Assembly: GCA_963725865.1 (NCBI GenBank)
Contig: CAVSAC010000012.1
Location: 160,001 to 224,000, forward strand
Length of the DNA stretch: 64,000 nt
Origin: Candidatus Eiseniibacteriota bacterium
Lineage (GTDB): Bacteria > Eisenbacteria > RBG-16-71-46
Direction of reading: 5' to 3'
Shown: piece by piece, positions 24,040 through 36,416 of the stretch
How the letters are laid out: the number at the start of each line of letters is the position of its first letter
Position numbering within the stretch: the stretch's first letter is position 1
Notes under the pieces: model-generated
Told to the model about the DNA's origin: nothing
The model's database searches: none
The model's input: only the letters and a program-made list of their open reading frames with translations
Program-made: the position numbers and the translations under genes

Positions 24040-24058
24040 GGCGGTCGGGCGCGCCGGG

Positions 24059-26325
<2,267 letters not shown>

Positions 26326-26329
<4 letters not shown>

Positions 26330-29037
26330 CGCCGGTTCACCAGCGCGCCGAAGTCGGTCACCACCTCGATGCCGCCCCGCGTCGACGCCTTCGGCGGCAC
26401 CAGCACGAAGAAGCGCTTGCCGTCCGCGCTGCACGTCCACGTGCGCGCGGAGGGACCCAGCGCGGCGACCGGGAGCGTGAAGAGGGGCTGGGGCGTGCCG
26501 GCGTGGAACGAGCCCTGGGTGTCGATCGACACCGCCATCACGCGGCCTTCGGATTCGTACACCAGCTCCTTGCCGGACTGCGTCCACACCGGGCCGAACC
26601 CGCTCAAGGTGGAGATCTGCCAGCGGCCCTGCTCGTCCCCGACACTCTGCACGTACACCTGCGGCTTCTGCGTGTTGTCGGTGGTGGCGTAGGCCAGCCA
26701 GCGTCCGTCGGGTGAGAGCATGGCGTGCGCCACGTGCTGCGACAGCCCCCCGATCGGCCGCGGCGCGCGGTTCGCGCTGTCCGGGCTGAGCGTGAACAGA
26801 CCTTCCATGGATCCGGGACCGTAGAGCAATCGCGAGCCGATCGCCGTCCACTGCCAGAGCGCACCCTCGGCGGCGTTCGCGACCGCGAGGGTGTCGACGC
26901 GACCCAGCCCGTCGGCGGAACCGACCAGGATCTGGGTCGGCGCGCCCGTGCGGCTGACCACGCACGCGAAGCGCCGTCCGTCGGGGGACCACACGGGCGT
27001 GGTCGCCGATCCGGTGGTGAACGTGAGCTTCGATTCCGTTCCCCGCTCCAGGTCCCGCACCCAGATCTCGCTCGCCTTGCCCTGGCCCTGGCCCGTCACT
27101 TCGTAGAGCAGCCGGCGGCCGTCCGGGGCGAGCACCGGATTCAGGCAGTCGCTCGCCGTCAGCGTTCCGCCGACGAGCCGGCCGCTGCGGTCGGCCTCCT
27201 GCACCATGTTCGCGATGCCCTCGTCGCCGCGGGCGTACGCCAGGATGCCGCTGGGGGAGAGCGAGAAGTGCCCGGCGGAACTCCCGACCCGCACGGCCTC
27301 GGCGACCGTGATCGGCTGGCCGGTGAGCTTGCCCGCGCCCAGGTCGAGCTTCTGGGCGAGCAGCGTGGTGCCGCGCAGGAACACCACCCAGCCGCCCGGC
27401 GCGTACTCCACCCGGCCATCGGAGGTGCCGAGCAGCTTCGAGTCGAGCGAGCCCAGCCGTCCCAGCCGGATGTTTCCGCCCGCGCCGACGTTCCCGAGCA
27501 TGCCGAGGAACAGGAAGTGCTCGCCGTCGGGCAGGAAGCTCGGCCACGCGCTGCCGACCTCGTGCGCCGAGCGATCGATCCGCGTGGCCGGCCGCAGCTC
27601 GCCGCCGCGCGCGGGCACCACGAGCAGCGAATCGGTGAAGCGGCCGTCCATCAGGATCATGCCCTTCGAGCCCCAGCTGAGATCGGCGCCCCGGTTCGCG
27701 GCGCACACCACGACGGGCGTGCCCCCCGCGATCGACACGCGCTGGATCTTGTTGTCGGCGACGAACGCGATCTCGCGGCTGTCGGGCGACCAATAGGCGC
27801 GCTGGAGCCGCTCGGCGCCCGCGATCGGGTGGGCCTCCGTCTGGTCGAGCGGTCGCAGCCACGCGCGGACCACCCCGCTGGAGTCCTGCGAGTCGAACAC
27901 GAGATAGCGGCCGTCCGGCGAGACCCGCGGCCAGTAGAAATCCACCACGCCGGCCACCGACTCCGTGCGGAAGCGGTAGCCCGGGCGGGGCGCGCTCGCC
28001 CGCGGCCACAGCCACAGGAACGCGCCGGCCGCCGCCAGCAGCGCGAGCGCCGCGACGCCCCACGCGAGGCGCGCGCGCGACGGCTTCGCGAGCACCGGCA
28101 CGGCGACCGGCGGCACCGGCACGCCGACGCTCGAGACGCCGGCGCCCTCGGCGATCCATTGCAGCTGCAACTTCACGTCGTGCGCGGTCTGCAGGCGCTC
28201 GTCGGGGTCCTTGGCGAGACAGGCGCGGATCAACCGGTCGAGCCCCTGCGGCGGCCCGATCGAGGGCGGCGCGCCGGACGGTGGCTCGCCCACCGGCGCG
28301 GGCTCGCGCTCGAGGATCGCGGCGATCAGCGACGCCTGGCTGCGACCCTCGAACGCGCGCCGGCCGGTCGCCATCTCGTACAGCACGCAGCCGAGCGCCC
28401 ACAGGTCGCTGCGGGCATCGGCTTCCTTGCCCTCGAGCTGCTCGGGCGACATGTACTGGAACGTGCCGACAAGCGTGCCCTCGGCCGTGAGCGCGTGCGC
28501 CGCCGTCGGCGACTGCGTGAGTGCCGCGACCGTGGCGCCGCTGCCGCCCGCGGTCCCGGCCATGCCGGTGGCGCGCGCGAGCCCGAAGTCCATGAGCTTC
28601 GCGTTGCCGCGCGTGATCATGACGTTCCCGGGCTTGAGGTCCCGGTGGACGATGCCCGCGCGGTGCGCGCGATCGAGCGCGTCGGCGATCTGCGCGCCGA
28701 GGCGCAGCATCTCGGCGACCGGCAGCGGGCCCTTCTTGAGCCGCTCGGCCAGCGTCTCGCCCTCGATCAGCTCCATCACCAGGTAACCGGTCTCGCCCTC
28801 GGAACCCACGTCGAACAGCGTGCAGATGTTCGGGTGGTTCAGCCCCGAGACGGTCTTGGCCTCGCGCTCGAAGCGCGACCGTACCTCGGGGTTCGCCGAC
28901 AGGTGCTGGGGCAGCACCTTGATGGCCACGTCGCGAGCGAGCCGCGGGTCGCGGGCGCGGTACACCTCGCCCATGCCACCTGCTCCGAGCGGGGCGATAA
29001 TCTCGTACGGACCAAGTCGGGTGCCGGGGTCGAGCAT
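26326..29037 (-). CDS. Membrane Ser/Thr kinase with C-terminal TolB/PD40 beta-propeller
   Basis: HRDLKPGN, DFG and SPE; TM helix LAWGVAALALLAAAGAFLWLW; repeated SPDG blades. Confidence 0.93.
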
Positions 29038-29181
29038 GCTCGTGAACCTCGTGGGGGAGGGGTGGGACGGCCGCGCGCACGTTAGCAGCCGAGGCAGCGG
29101 GACTGCACCAGGAATCGCGTCGCCAACGGCGTCGCGACGCGCGCCGCGTCCGCGTGCGCCGGTCGACATCGCCCCTCGCCG

Positions 29182-31518
29182 CTAGCGCTTGTGCTCGGGC
29201 GGATCTGCGTCCTTGCGCTCCTCGCGGCGCTGCGCGGGCGTGGGCTTCTGCGCCGGCGGCGGAGCCGGGGCAGGCGGCGGCGTCGCGTGCGCTTCGTCGC
29301 GGTTCGCGCGCTCGCGGGCGTGATACTCGCGCTCGAGGTTGCCGGGCTTGGGAGCGGGCGCCGGTTGCACGGGGACCGGTTTGGGGGCGTGGCGCGGCTG
29401 CTCCTCGCTCACCGGCGGCGCCTGCACGGGCATCGGCCGCGGCGCCGGACGCTCCGCGCGCGGATTCTCCCCGCGATTTCCGCCGTCGGTCGTCCCGCCG
29501 CCGGAACCTGGCGGGTTGGGCGGGGTCAAGGGCAGGGCGGTCCGCTTCCACTTGCGCCCCTCGTTCACCTTCCACTTGCCGTGCTCGTCCCGCCGGTAGA
29601 CCTTGCCGTCCTGGCCCGCGAAGACGTCGTTCGGGAGCTCGCTCGGCTGGGTGGCGGGCGGCCCGAGCTGGCGGATGGGCAGGCGCGTCGCAGCACGATC
29701 CACGCGCACGACGTTATCGGGGCGGTTGTAGATGTTCGTCGGCGCGCGATCCGTCTCGCCCGGCCGCGGCGGGCGGACAGGCCGCGTTCGCACCAGGGTT
29801 CGATCCGCGCCCAGCAAGGGCCGACGGTAGCCACCGGGGCCGAACCACATCGGTGGCCTGCCGCGCCAGGCGTGATGCTGCGAGGAGTGCCAGCGGGTGC
29901 CGGTCCGGAGGAATCCCGACCAGTAGCTGCAGCCGAAGCTCCAGCGGCTGAGCCACGGGTTGTAGCGGGGGTAGAAGCCCCAGGTGGCGGGTCGCGGGTA
30001 GAAGTGGTGCCGGCCCCGCCACGGCCGGTAGTGATGCCCGGTCCCGTAGTAGACCGTGCCGTAGTACGGATAGCAGCCAACGTAGCCGGGCACGTACCCG
30101 GTGTAGATCACGTCGGGAGTCGAGTCGTAGACGTACACGTACATCACGTTGTACACGGGACAGCTGGGCGGGATGTCCTCCAGCCCCTGCGGCCGCGCGT
30201 CGCTCACGCGCCATGGACCGTCGGGCCGGTCGGAGACGTACCAGACCCCCTGATCGCACGCGTAGTAGCGCCCATCGTCGAGGATGACCTCGGCGTCGGT
30301 GTTGACCGCGTACTCCAAATCCGTGCCCTCGATCGGCTCGAACTGCGGGTCTCCGTCATACACGACCTCGAAGCCGCTGGCGTCGCGCCGGATCGCGCTG
30401 GTCTGCGGGATCTCGGCATCGGCGACCGCGTCGTCCGCCTGGTCGGTGCCCGCCACGCTCGCCAGGATGTTCCCCTTCGGCGAGTCGGCCGGGACGCGCT
30501 TGAAGCTCGCCGGCAGCTCGTCGCCGCGCACGAAGGTCCACGGCCCCCGGGTCGAGGCGGCCTGGTACCAGCGGCCCGCGAGCAGCACGTACACGGCCTG
30601 CGAACTCACCTCGAGGACCACGTCACTCTCGGTGTTGGTGACGTACAGCAGCTCGTCGCCGACCAGCGGCGAGTAGCGCGGCGGTCCGTCGGTGGAGATC
30701 AGCTCGGTGGGCTCGGTGGCGGTGACCACGCGCGGCGTCGGACCCGCGAAGCGATCGACGGATGCGGTGTCGGGCGGCACCAGGTCGCGCACCGCGGACG
30801 GCGGATCGGCGATGGCGGCCCACGGACCGAGCGGGTCCTTGGCCGTGTACCAGAGGTTCGCGCCGTTCAGGTAGTAGTCGCCCCGCGACGGGTCGAAGAC
30901 CACCGCGTAAGGGGTGTTCGAGACGAACTCGAAGCTGGAGCCCTCGATCGGCTCGAGCGTGGGCGCGCCCTCGTACGCGATCAGGATCGCACGCTCGGGC
31001 ACGAACAGGATGTGCGGCGGGGTGTTGTCCAGGCCCGCGACGCTCGCGCGCTCGCGCTCGGTCGCCGCCAGCTGCGCCTGCAACTCCTCGAGCGAGCCCG
31101 TGAGGTCCCACTGCACGGCCTCCTGCTCGATGAGCTGCTCGTAGCGGCTCGACTGGTCGGGCGTGATGCCCGGCAGCCGCACCCGGGTGACGTCGAGGCT
31201 GCGCGCCGCGACCGTGCTGCTGTCGCGGTCGATGTCCACGCGCTCGGTGAACCACAGCACGCCGAACGTCGGACTGGCGTTCGGCGTCCGCTGCAGCGAG
31301 AACGCGGCGCGACTGCTGAGCAGGTCGTGGCTCAGGTCTTCGGCCTGCGGCTGGTAGATCACGATCGCCCCGCTCGAGGATTCGACCTGGCGCGGCCAGC
31401 CGGGCACGTCGGCGCGCGCCGAGGCGGCGAGCGCGAGCGCCGCGGCCACCGCGAGCACGGGCAGGAGCTGGGGAACGCCGGAGCGCTTGCGCGACCGGAC
31501 CATTCGCGGCGATGGCAT
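29182..31518 (-). CDS. Large secreted Trp/Tyr-rich protein with Pro/Arg-rich tail
   Basis: Signal peptide ending ASARA, GWPR..IYQPQ start, repeated Y....G.WY......GPW units, NDVFAGQDGKVYRR and a low-complexity C-terminus. Confidence 0.8.
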   Translation of the reverse strand: MPSPRMVRSRKRSGVPQLLPVLAVAAALALAASARADVPGWPRQVESSSGAIVIYQPQAEDLSHDLLSSRAAFSLQRTPNASPTFGVLWFTERVDIDRDSSTVAARSLDVTRVRLPGITPDQSSRYEQLIEQEAVQWDLTGSLEELQAQLAATERERASVAGLDNTPPHILFVPERAILIAYEGAPTLEPIEGSSFEFVSNTPYAVVFDPSRGDYYLNGANLWYTAKDPLGPWAAIADPPSAVRDLVPPDTASVDRFAGPTPRVVTATEPTELISTDGPPRYSPLVGDELLYVTNTESDVVLEVSSQAVYVLLAGRWYQAASTRGPWTFVRGDELPASFKRVPADSPKGNILASVAGTDQADDAVADAEIPQTSAIRRDASGFEVVYDGDPQFEPIEGTDLEYAVNTDAEVILDDGRYYACDQGVWYVSDRPDGPWRVSDARPQGLEDIPPSCPVYNVMYVYVYDSTPDVIYTGYVPGYVGCYPYYGTVYYGTGHHYRPWRGRHHFYPRPATWGFYPRYNPWLSRWSFGCSYWSGFLRTGTRWHSSQHHAWRGRPPMWFGPGGYRRPLLGADRTLVRTRPVRPPRPGETDRAPTNIYNRPDNVVRVDRAATRLPIRQLGPPATQPSELPNDVFAGQDGKVYRRDEHGKWKVNEGRKWKRTALPLTPPNPPGSGGGTTDGGNRGENPRAERPAPRPMPVQAPPVSEEQPRHAPKPVPVQPAPAPKPGNLEREYHARERANRDEAHATPPPAPAPPPAQKPTPAQRREERKDADPPEHKR

Positions 31519-31859
31519 GGGATGCCTTTCGGGCTGGATGTCGGGGAGCGATCTCGAGGCGCGAACCTCGGATGCGGACCCTACACCCGCGCGGCGAGGA
31601 AGACACGCCCGGTCGCCGCCGCCGGCGGGCCGGGGGGATGTGTTCCGCGGGCCCGAATTCACGGCGGCCAGCGACCGTCCGTTTGCGTCGAACTCGGCGG
31701 AACGGCCGACGTCATCGCGGGGTCACGAGCGAGGGACATTCCCCGTTGCTTCGACCCCGGCGCGAACGCTAGTCTGTCCCACGTCCACGGCCGCGTGATC
31801 GGAATCGCCCCTCATCCGCTGACGCCCTGTCGCGCCCGACCGGCGCGGCGCGCCCTACC

Positions 31860-32147
31860 ATGGAATCCACCGCGACCATCACGATCTTCGTCCCCGGCGT
31901 CCTGCGCGAGTACTGCAACGGCGCCGCGAATCTCTCCGCCGCGGGGGCCAACGTGCGCGCGGTGCTCGCCGAGCTCGAGCGAGACCACGCACCCCTGTAC
32001 CGCAACATCTGTGACGAGACGGGCAAGGTGCGCCGTCACGTGAACGTGTTCGTGAACTCCGACAACGTGCGCGACCTCCAGGGGCTCGACACCGCGCTGG
32101 CCCGCGGGGACGTCGTCACGATTCTACCGGCGGTCTCCGGAGGCTGA
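31860..32147 (+). CDS. MoaD/ThiS/SAMP-like ubiquitin-fold protein
   Basis: 95-aa beta-grasp with RRHVNVFVN and a C-terminal PAVSGG di-glycine. Confidence 0.93.
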   Translation: MESTATITIFVPGVLREYCNGAANLSAAGANVRAVLAELERDHAPLYRNICDETGKVRRHVNVFVNSDNVRDLQGLDTALARGDVVTILPAVSGG

Positions 32148-32150
32148 GCC

Positions 32151-33263
32151 ATGGCGGAACGCGTCGTCCTCTGCATCGGTACCAGGAAGGGTCTGTTTGT
32201 CGCCGAGTCCGCCAAGCCTCGGAAGCGCTTCGAGCTGCGCGGTCCGTTCGGACCCGGCGTCGCCGTGTACTCGGCGTTGATCGACTCGCGCGGCACGCCG
32301 AAGCTGTACGCCTCGAGCTGCAATCCGTTCTTCGGCATGAAGGTCCTGCGCTCGACCGACCTGGGGAAGTCGTTCAAGGAGACCAAGGCGGCGCCCGCGT
32401 TCCCGAAGGACGACGGGCGCGCGCTCGCCAACATCTGGTCGCTCGAGGCGGGCGCCGGCAAGAAGGACCTCTGGTGCGGCGTCGAGCCCGCTTCGCTGTT
32501 CCGCAGCGGCGACGGCGGCGACTCGTGGGAGATGGTGCCGGGCATCAGCAACCACGAGCACGCCCGCAAGTGGCACCCCGGCGCCGGCGGACTCTGCATG
32601 CACACGATCATCCGCGACGGCAACCGCGTGCACCTCGGCATCTCGACGGGCGGCCACTACCTGAGCGAGGACGGCGGCGTGACGTTCAAGGCCTCCAACC
32701 AGGGCGTGGGCGCGGGATTCGTGCCCGATCCGTATCCGGAGTTCGGACAGTGCGTGCACAAGATCGCGCGTCACGAAGACGCGCCCGGCCGGATGTACAT
32801 GCAGAATCACGGCGGCTGGAGCGAATGGGAGGGCCCGGGTGGGCCGCGCCCGAACATCGGCGTGCTGCGCAGCGACGATCACGGCCACTCCTGGCGCTCG
32901 ATCGCCAAGGGGCTGCCATCCGACTTCGGCTTCCCGATCGTCGTGCACCCGCACGATCCCGACACGGTGTACGTGATGCCGCTGATGCCGATGACTCGCA
33001 CCTGTCCCGACGGTGCGCCCGCGGTGTGGCGCAGCGAGGACGGCGGCGACTCGTGGCGGCGGCTCGCCAAGGGGCTGCCGAAGAAGGAGAGCTACTTCAC
33101 CATCCAGCGCGACGCGATGGACGTGGACCGGCTCAAGACGCCCGCGCTCTACTTCGGGACCACGACCGGCCAGCTCTGGATCGGGCACGAGGGCGGCGAG
33201 GAGTGGAGCTGCCTGTTCGACGCGCTCCCGCCGATTCATTGCGTGAAGGTCGCGGTGGTGTGA
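32151..33263 (+). CDS. Cytoplasmic BNR/Asp-box (sialidase-like) beta-propeller
   Basis: Repeated RSxDxGxSW/F boxes, IGTRKGLF start, CMH, CVHK and QNH motifs; no signal peptide; 3 bp after the ubiquitin-fold gene. Confidence 0.9.
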   Translation: MAERVVLCIGTRKGLFVAESAKPRKRFELRGPFGPGVAVYSALIDSRGTPKLYASSCNPFFGMKVLRSTDLGKSFKETKAAPAFPKDDGRALANIWSLEAGAGKKDLWCGVEPASLFRSGDGGDSWEMVPGISNHEHARKWHPGAGGLCMHTIIRDGNRVHLGISTGGHYLSEDGGVTFKASNQGVGAGFVPDPYPEFGQCVHKIARHEDAPGRMYMQNHGGWSEWEGPGGPRPNIGVLRSDDHGHSWRSIAKGLPSDFGFPIVVHPHDPDTVYVMPLMPMTRTCPDGAPAVWRSEDGGDSWRRLAKGLPKKESYFTIQRDAMDVDRLKTPALYFGTTTGQLWIGHEGGEEWSCLFDALPPIHCVKVAVV

Positions 33264-33523
33264 GTCAGGGCGTGGCGCGCGGACACGAATTCCGCGCAGC
33301 CCGGAGCCCGATGGTCCGCGGATCATCGGGCTCGACCCACTCCGAGCCTGCCCCCCCGGTTCAGGCCAGTCCCCAGGACCCCGTTGGACCGTCGTGGCGA
33401 CTGCCACGTCCGAATGGACTCACGCTGCGCCACGAACTGGTGGACACTGCGCTCCAGGGGCGTGCGGTACTGCGCGCACGCCGGGCGCTGTAGGCGATCC
33501 TGCCGCCAACGGAGAATCGTGAC

Positions 33524-33739
33524 ATGAGACGCCTCGGAGTCGGACTGGTGATCCTCGGGATCCTCGGGCTGGTGTTGGGCCTCATGGGCTACGACCGTCG
33601 CACGACGATCCTGGAGGTGGGAGGGATCCGGGCGACGGCCACGGAGCACAAATCCATTCCCATCGCGCCAGTCGTGGGCGCGATCGCGCTGATCGGCGGC
33701 GTGTTGCTGCTGGCGGTTCCCCGACTGCCCCGCCCTTGA
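33524..33739 (+). CDS. Small two-TM membrane protein (DUF3185-like)
   Basis: GGAG RBS; two hydrophobic helices flanking a T.LEVGGI.AT..E.K loop. Confidence 0.75.
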   Translation: MRRLGVGLVILGILGLVLGLMGYDRRTTILEVGGIRATATEHKSIPIAPVVGAIALIGGVLLLAVPRLPRP

Positions 33740-33888
33740 GACGCTGCGGTTCGACTCGCTCGATGCGCATCACGCGCATCGGGCGCGCGGCGGCGGCGGT
33801 CGATGCAACCACCCGGTAGACGCCCGCAGCCGGTGCCCGTCGCGACCTCCCCGCGCAGCGCCGCCATGGACCCCGGGGGGCCCAGCCC

Positions 33889-33916
33889 TTGACATGCAAG
33901 CAAATGCTTGCATAAT
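33889..33916 (+). promoter_or_regulatory. Sigma70 promoter overlapped by a palindromic ArsR operator
   Basis: TTGACA (33889-33894), N16, CATAAT (33911-33916); perfect inverted repeat ATGCAAGC-AAAT-GCTTGCAT (33894-33913). Confidence 0.85.
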
Positions 33917-33935
33917 GGATCGAGGTCACCACCGT

Positions 33936-34253
33936 ATGGACAAAGTCTTCAAGGCACTCGCCGACCCGGGCCGCCGGGAACTGCTCGACCGCCTGTTCGC
34001 GAAGAGCGGGCAGACGCTCGGTGAGCTGTGCGAGGAGATGGGGATGTCCCGGCAGGCGGTGACGCAGCATCTCGCGGTGCTCACGGCCGCCAACCTGGTG
34101 AGCACCAAGTGGCGTGGCCGCGAGAAGCTCCACTACCTCAACGCGGTCCCGATCCACCAGATCTACGACCGCTGGGTGAGGAAGTTCGAACGGCGTGGCT
34201 TGAAGGCACTCGATCACCTCAAGCAGCGCCTCGAGGGAGAAGCCCATGACTGA
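33936..34253 (+). CDS. ArsR/SmtB family transcriptional repressor
   Basis: VFKALADPGRRELL, MSRQAVTQHLAVL and GREKLHYLN. Confidence 0.93.
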   Translation: MDKVFKALADPGRRELLDRLFAKSGQTLGELCEEMGMSRQAVTQHLAVLTAANLVSTKWRGREKLHYLNAVPIHQIYDRWVRKFERRGLKALDHLKQRLEGEAHD

Positions 34254-34701
34254 GTCGGAGTTCGTGTACGTCACCTACATCGCGGCCACACCGGAGCGGA
34301 TCTGGAACGCGCTGATCCAAGCCGAGTTCACACGACAGTACTGGGGCCACGAGAACGTCTCCGACTGGAAGCCCGGGTCGACCTGGGAACATCGGGATAT
34401 CGGTGCCGCGGGCCAGGTGAGGCTCGTGGGCAAGGTGGTCGAGTTCACGCCGTCCCGACGGCTGGTGCTGACCTGGGCCAATCCTTCCGATGCCGCCGAC
34501 ACGTCCAAGCACACGCGGGTGACGTTCGAGCTGGAGTCGATCGACGAGATGGTGCGCCTCACCGTCACCCACGATCAGCTCGTCCCCGGATCCGACATGG
34601 AGCGCGGCATCACCGCCGGCTGGCCGCGGGTGCTGTCGAGCCTCAAGTCGTTCCTCGAGACCGGCAGGCCGCTGCCGACCTGGGCGAAGGCGAAGAGCTA
34701 G
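34246..34701 (+). CDS. SRPBCC/Aha1-like ligand-binding protein
   Basis: YIAATPERIWNAL, VRLTVTH and GWPRVLSSLKSFLE; overlaps the arsR stop. Confidence 0.92.
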   Translation: MTESEFVYVTYIAATPERIWNALIQAEFTRQYWGHENVSDWKPGSTWEHRDIGAAGQVRLVGKVVEFTPSRRLVLTWANPSDAADTSKHTRVTFELESIDEMVRLTVTHDQLVPGSDMERGITAGWPRVLSSLKSFLETGRPLPTWAKAKS

Positions 34702-34815
34702 CGTTCCCCGGCATCGTCGCAGAGGCGACGCGAGTCATTCTCGGCCGCGGCGCGGCGCATGCCACGGGCATCGATCCGCGGCCGGCGACGACGCCGGCGG
34801 GCGAGGGGAGGAAGC

Positions 34816-35187
34816 ATGTCCAGCGCAGGCGAGGTCGTGCGGAAGTTCTACGGCGCGGTCCAGAAGCGGGATCTCGCCGCCGCCCGCGCGTTCCTCAGCG
34901 ATCAGCTCGTGTTTGTAGGGCTGTTCGAGACCTACCGCGGGCCCGACGCATATCTGGCCGCGCTCACCGGGTTGCTCGGCATCACCGTGCGACTCGACGT
35001 GAAGACGATCATCTCCGAGGGCGGGCAGGCGGCGATCTTCTTCGAGCTGGAGACAGTCGCTCCGGCCGCGGCCACCACGCTGGTCGCCGAGTGGCACGAG
35101 GTCGCGGACGGCAGGATCCAGCGCGTGCACTCGGCGTTCGACGGGCGCCCGTTCGCCGCGATGTTCACGGGCGGCGGCGAGCAGTGA
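34816..35187 (+). CDS. SnoaL/NTF2-like protein
   Basis: GGAGG RBS; VVRKFYGAV..D, EWHEVADGRI...FD. Confidence 0.8.
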   Translation: MSSAGEVVRKFYGAVQKRDLAAARAFLSDQLVFVGLFETYRGPDAYLAALTGLLGITVRLDVKTIISEGGQAAIFFELETVAPAAATTLVAEWHEVADGRIQRVHSAFDGRPFAAMFTGGGEQ

Positions 35188-35232
35188 ACGAGCGCGACGG
35201 GCGCCCGCAACGCTTCGTCCCCGCCTTGCCCC

Positions 35233-36282
35233 TCACTCCGCCGCGCGCGTCTCCACCGGCACCACCGCGAGCGTCTTCCGCTCGCCGTGGCGCAGCAGCG
35301 TGAGCGTCACCGGCTGGCCGATGCGCTCCTCGGTGAGCAGGCGGTGCAGATCGTCGACGCCGGCGACCGATTCGGCCTCGAAGCCCACGATGATGTCGCC
35401 CTCGGTGAGCCCCGCGCTCTCGGCGGGGCTGCCCTTCTCGACGTGGAGCACCAGCAACGCGGTGTCGTGCGCGAGCGCGAACTCGCGCACGCGGCGGCGC
35501 TGGAGCGTCACGTTCTGCCCGCCGATGCCGAGCCAGCCGCGGCGGATGCGGCCCTCGCGGATCAGCAACCCGGCGACGCGGCGCGCGGTGCTGGCGGGGA
35601 TCGCGAAGCAGAGCCCCTGCGCGGGCAGGATGACCGCGGTGTTGACGCCCACCACCGTGCCGCGCGAGTCGAGCAGCGGGCCGCCGGAGTTGCCGGGGTT
35701 GAGCGCCGCGTCGGTCTGGATGATGTCGTCCATCAGCCGGCCCGAGCGCGAACGCAGCGAGCGTCCGAGCGCGCTCACCACGCCGGCGGTGACGGTGGCC
35801 TGGAAGCCGAGCGGGCTGCCGATCGCGATCACGAGCTGGCCGGGCTTGAGCTGCCGGGAGTCACCGAGCTCCGCGACCGTCAGGTCCTCGGCGCCGATGC
35901 GCACCACCGCCAGGTCGGTGTCGGGATCGTCGCCGACCAGCGTGGCGGGCAGGCGGCGTCCGTCCTGCAGCGTCACCTCGATGCTCGAGGCGCCGTGGAC
36001 GACGTGCGAGTTCGTCAGGATCAGGCCGTCGGGCGTGAACACGAATCCCGAGCCCGCGCCGGCCGGCCGCTCGCCGCGCGGCTCGCTCGCCGCTCGGCCG
36101 GCGCCGATCGCGTGGCGCACCGAGATATGCACCACCGACGGACCGACGCGCTCGACCGCGCGAGTCACCGCATGCGAGTAGGCATCGAGCAGCGCGCCGT
36201 CGTCGGGCGGCGGGGACGGGTCGAGGGACTCGGGCGAGGACGACGCGGGTTCGAGCGAGACGAGACGCAGTTCCGGTTCCAT
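35233..36282 (-). CDS. HtrA/DegS-like S1C serine protease with one PDZ domain
   Basis: GSGF, LTNSHVV, DTDLAV, QTDAALNPGNSGGPL and a C-terminal PDZ; no signal peptide. Confidence 0.95.
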   Translation of the reverse strand: MEPELRLVSLEPASSSPESLDPSPPPDDGALLDAYSHAVTRAVERVGPSVVHISVRHAIGAGRAASEPRGERPAGAGSGFVFTPDGLILTNSHVVHGASSIEVTLQDGRRLPATLVGDDPDTDLAVVRIGAEDLTVAELGDSRQLKPGQLVIAIGSPLGFQATVTAGVVSALGRSLRSRSGRLMDDIIQTDAALNPGNSGGPLLDSRGTVVGVNTAVILPAQGLCFAIPASTARRVAGLLIREGRIRRGWLGIGGQNVTLQRRRVREFALAHDTALLVLHVEKGSPAESAGLTEGDIIVGFEAESVAGVDDLHRLLTEERIGQPVTLTLLRHGERKTLAVVPVETRAAE

Positions 36283-36416
36283 GCGCTCCGAAGGGAATGG
36301 GGCCGCGGCGCGAGTACGGGCGACGCGGGCCGGCGGGGGACGGCGGCCGCTTGTCCGCGATTCGATGCGGAGGGCGCCCGGAACGGTTCAAGCCGGCTCC
36401 GGGCGCCTCGGTCGAA

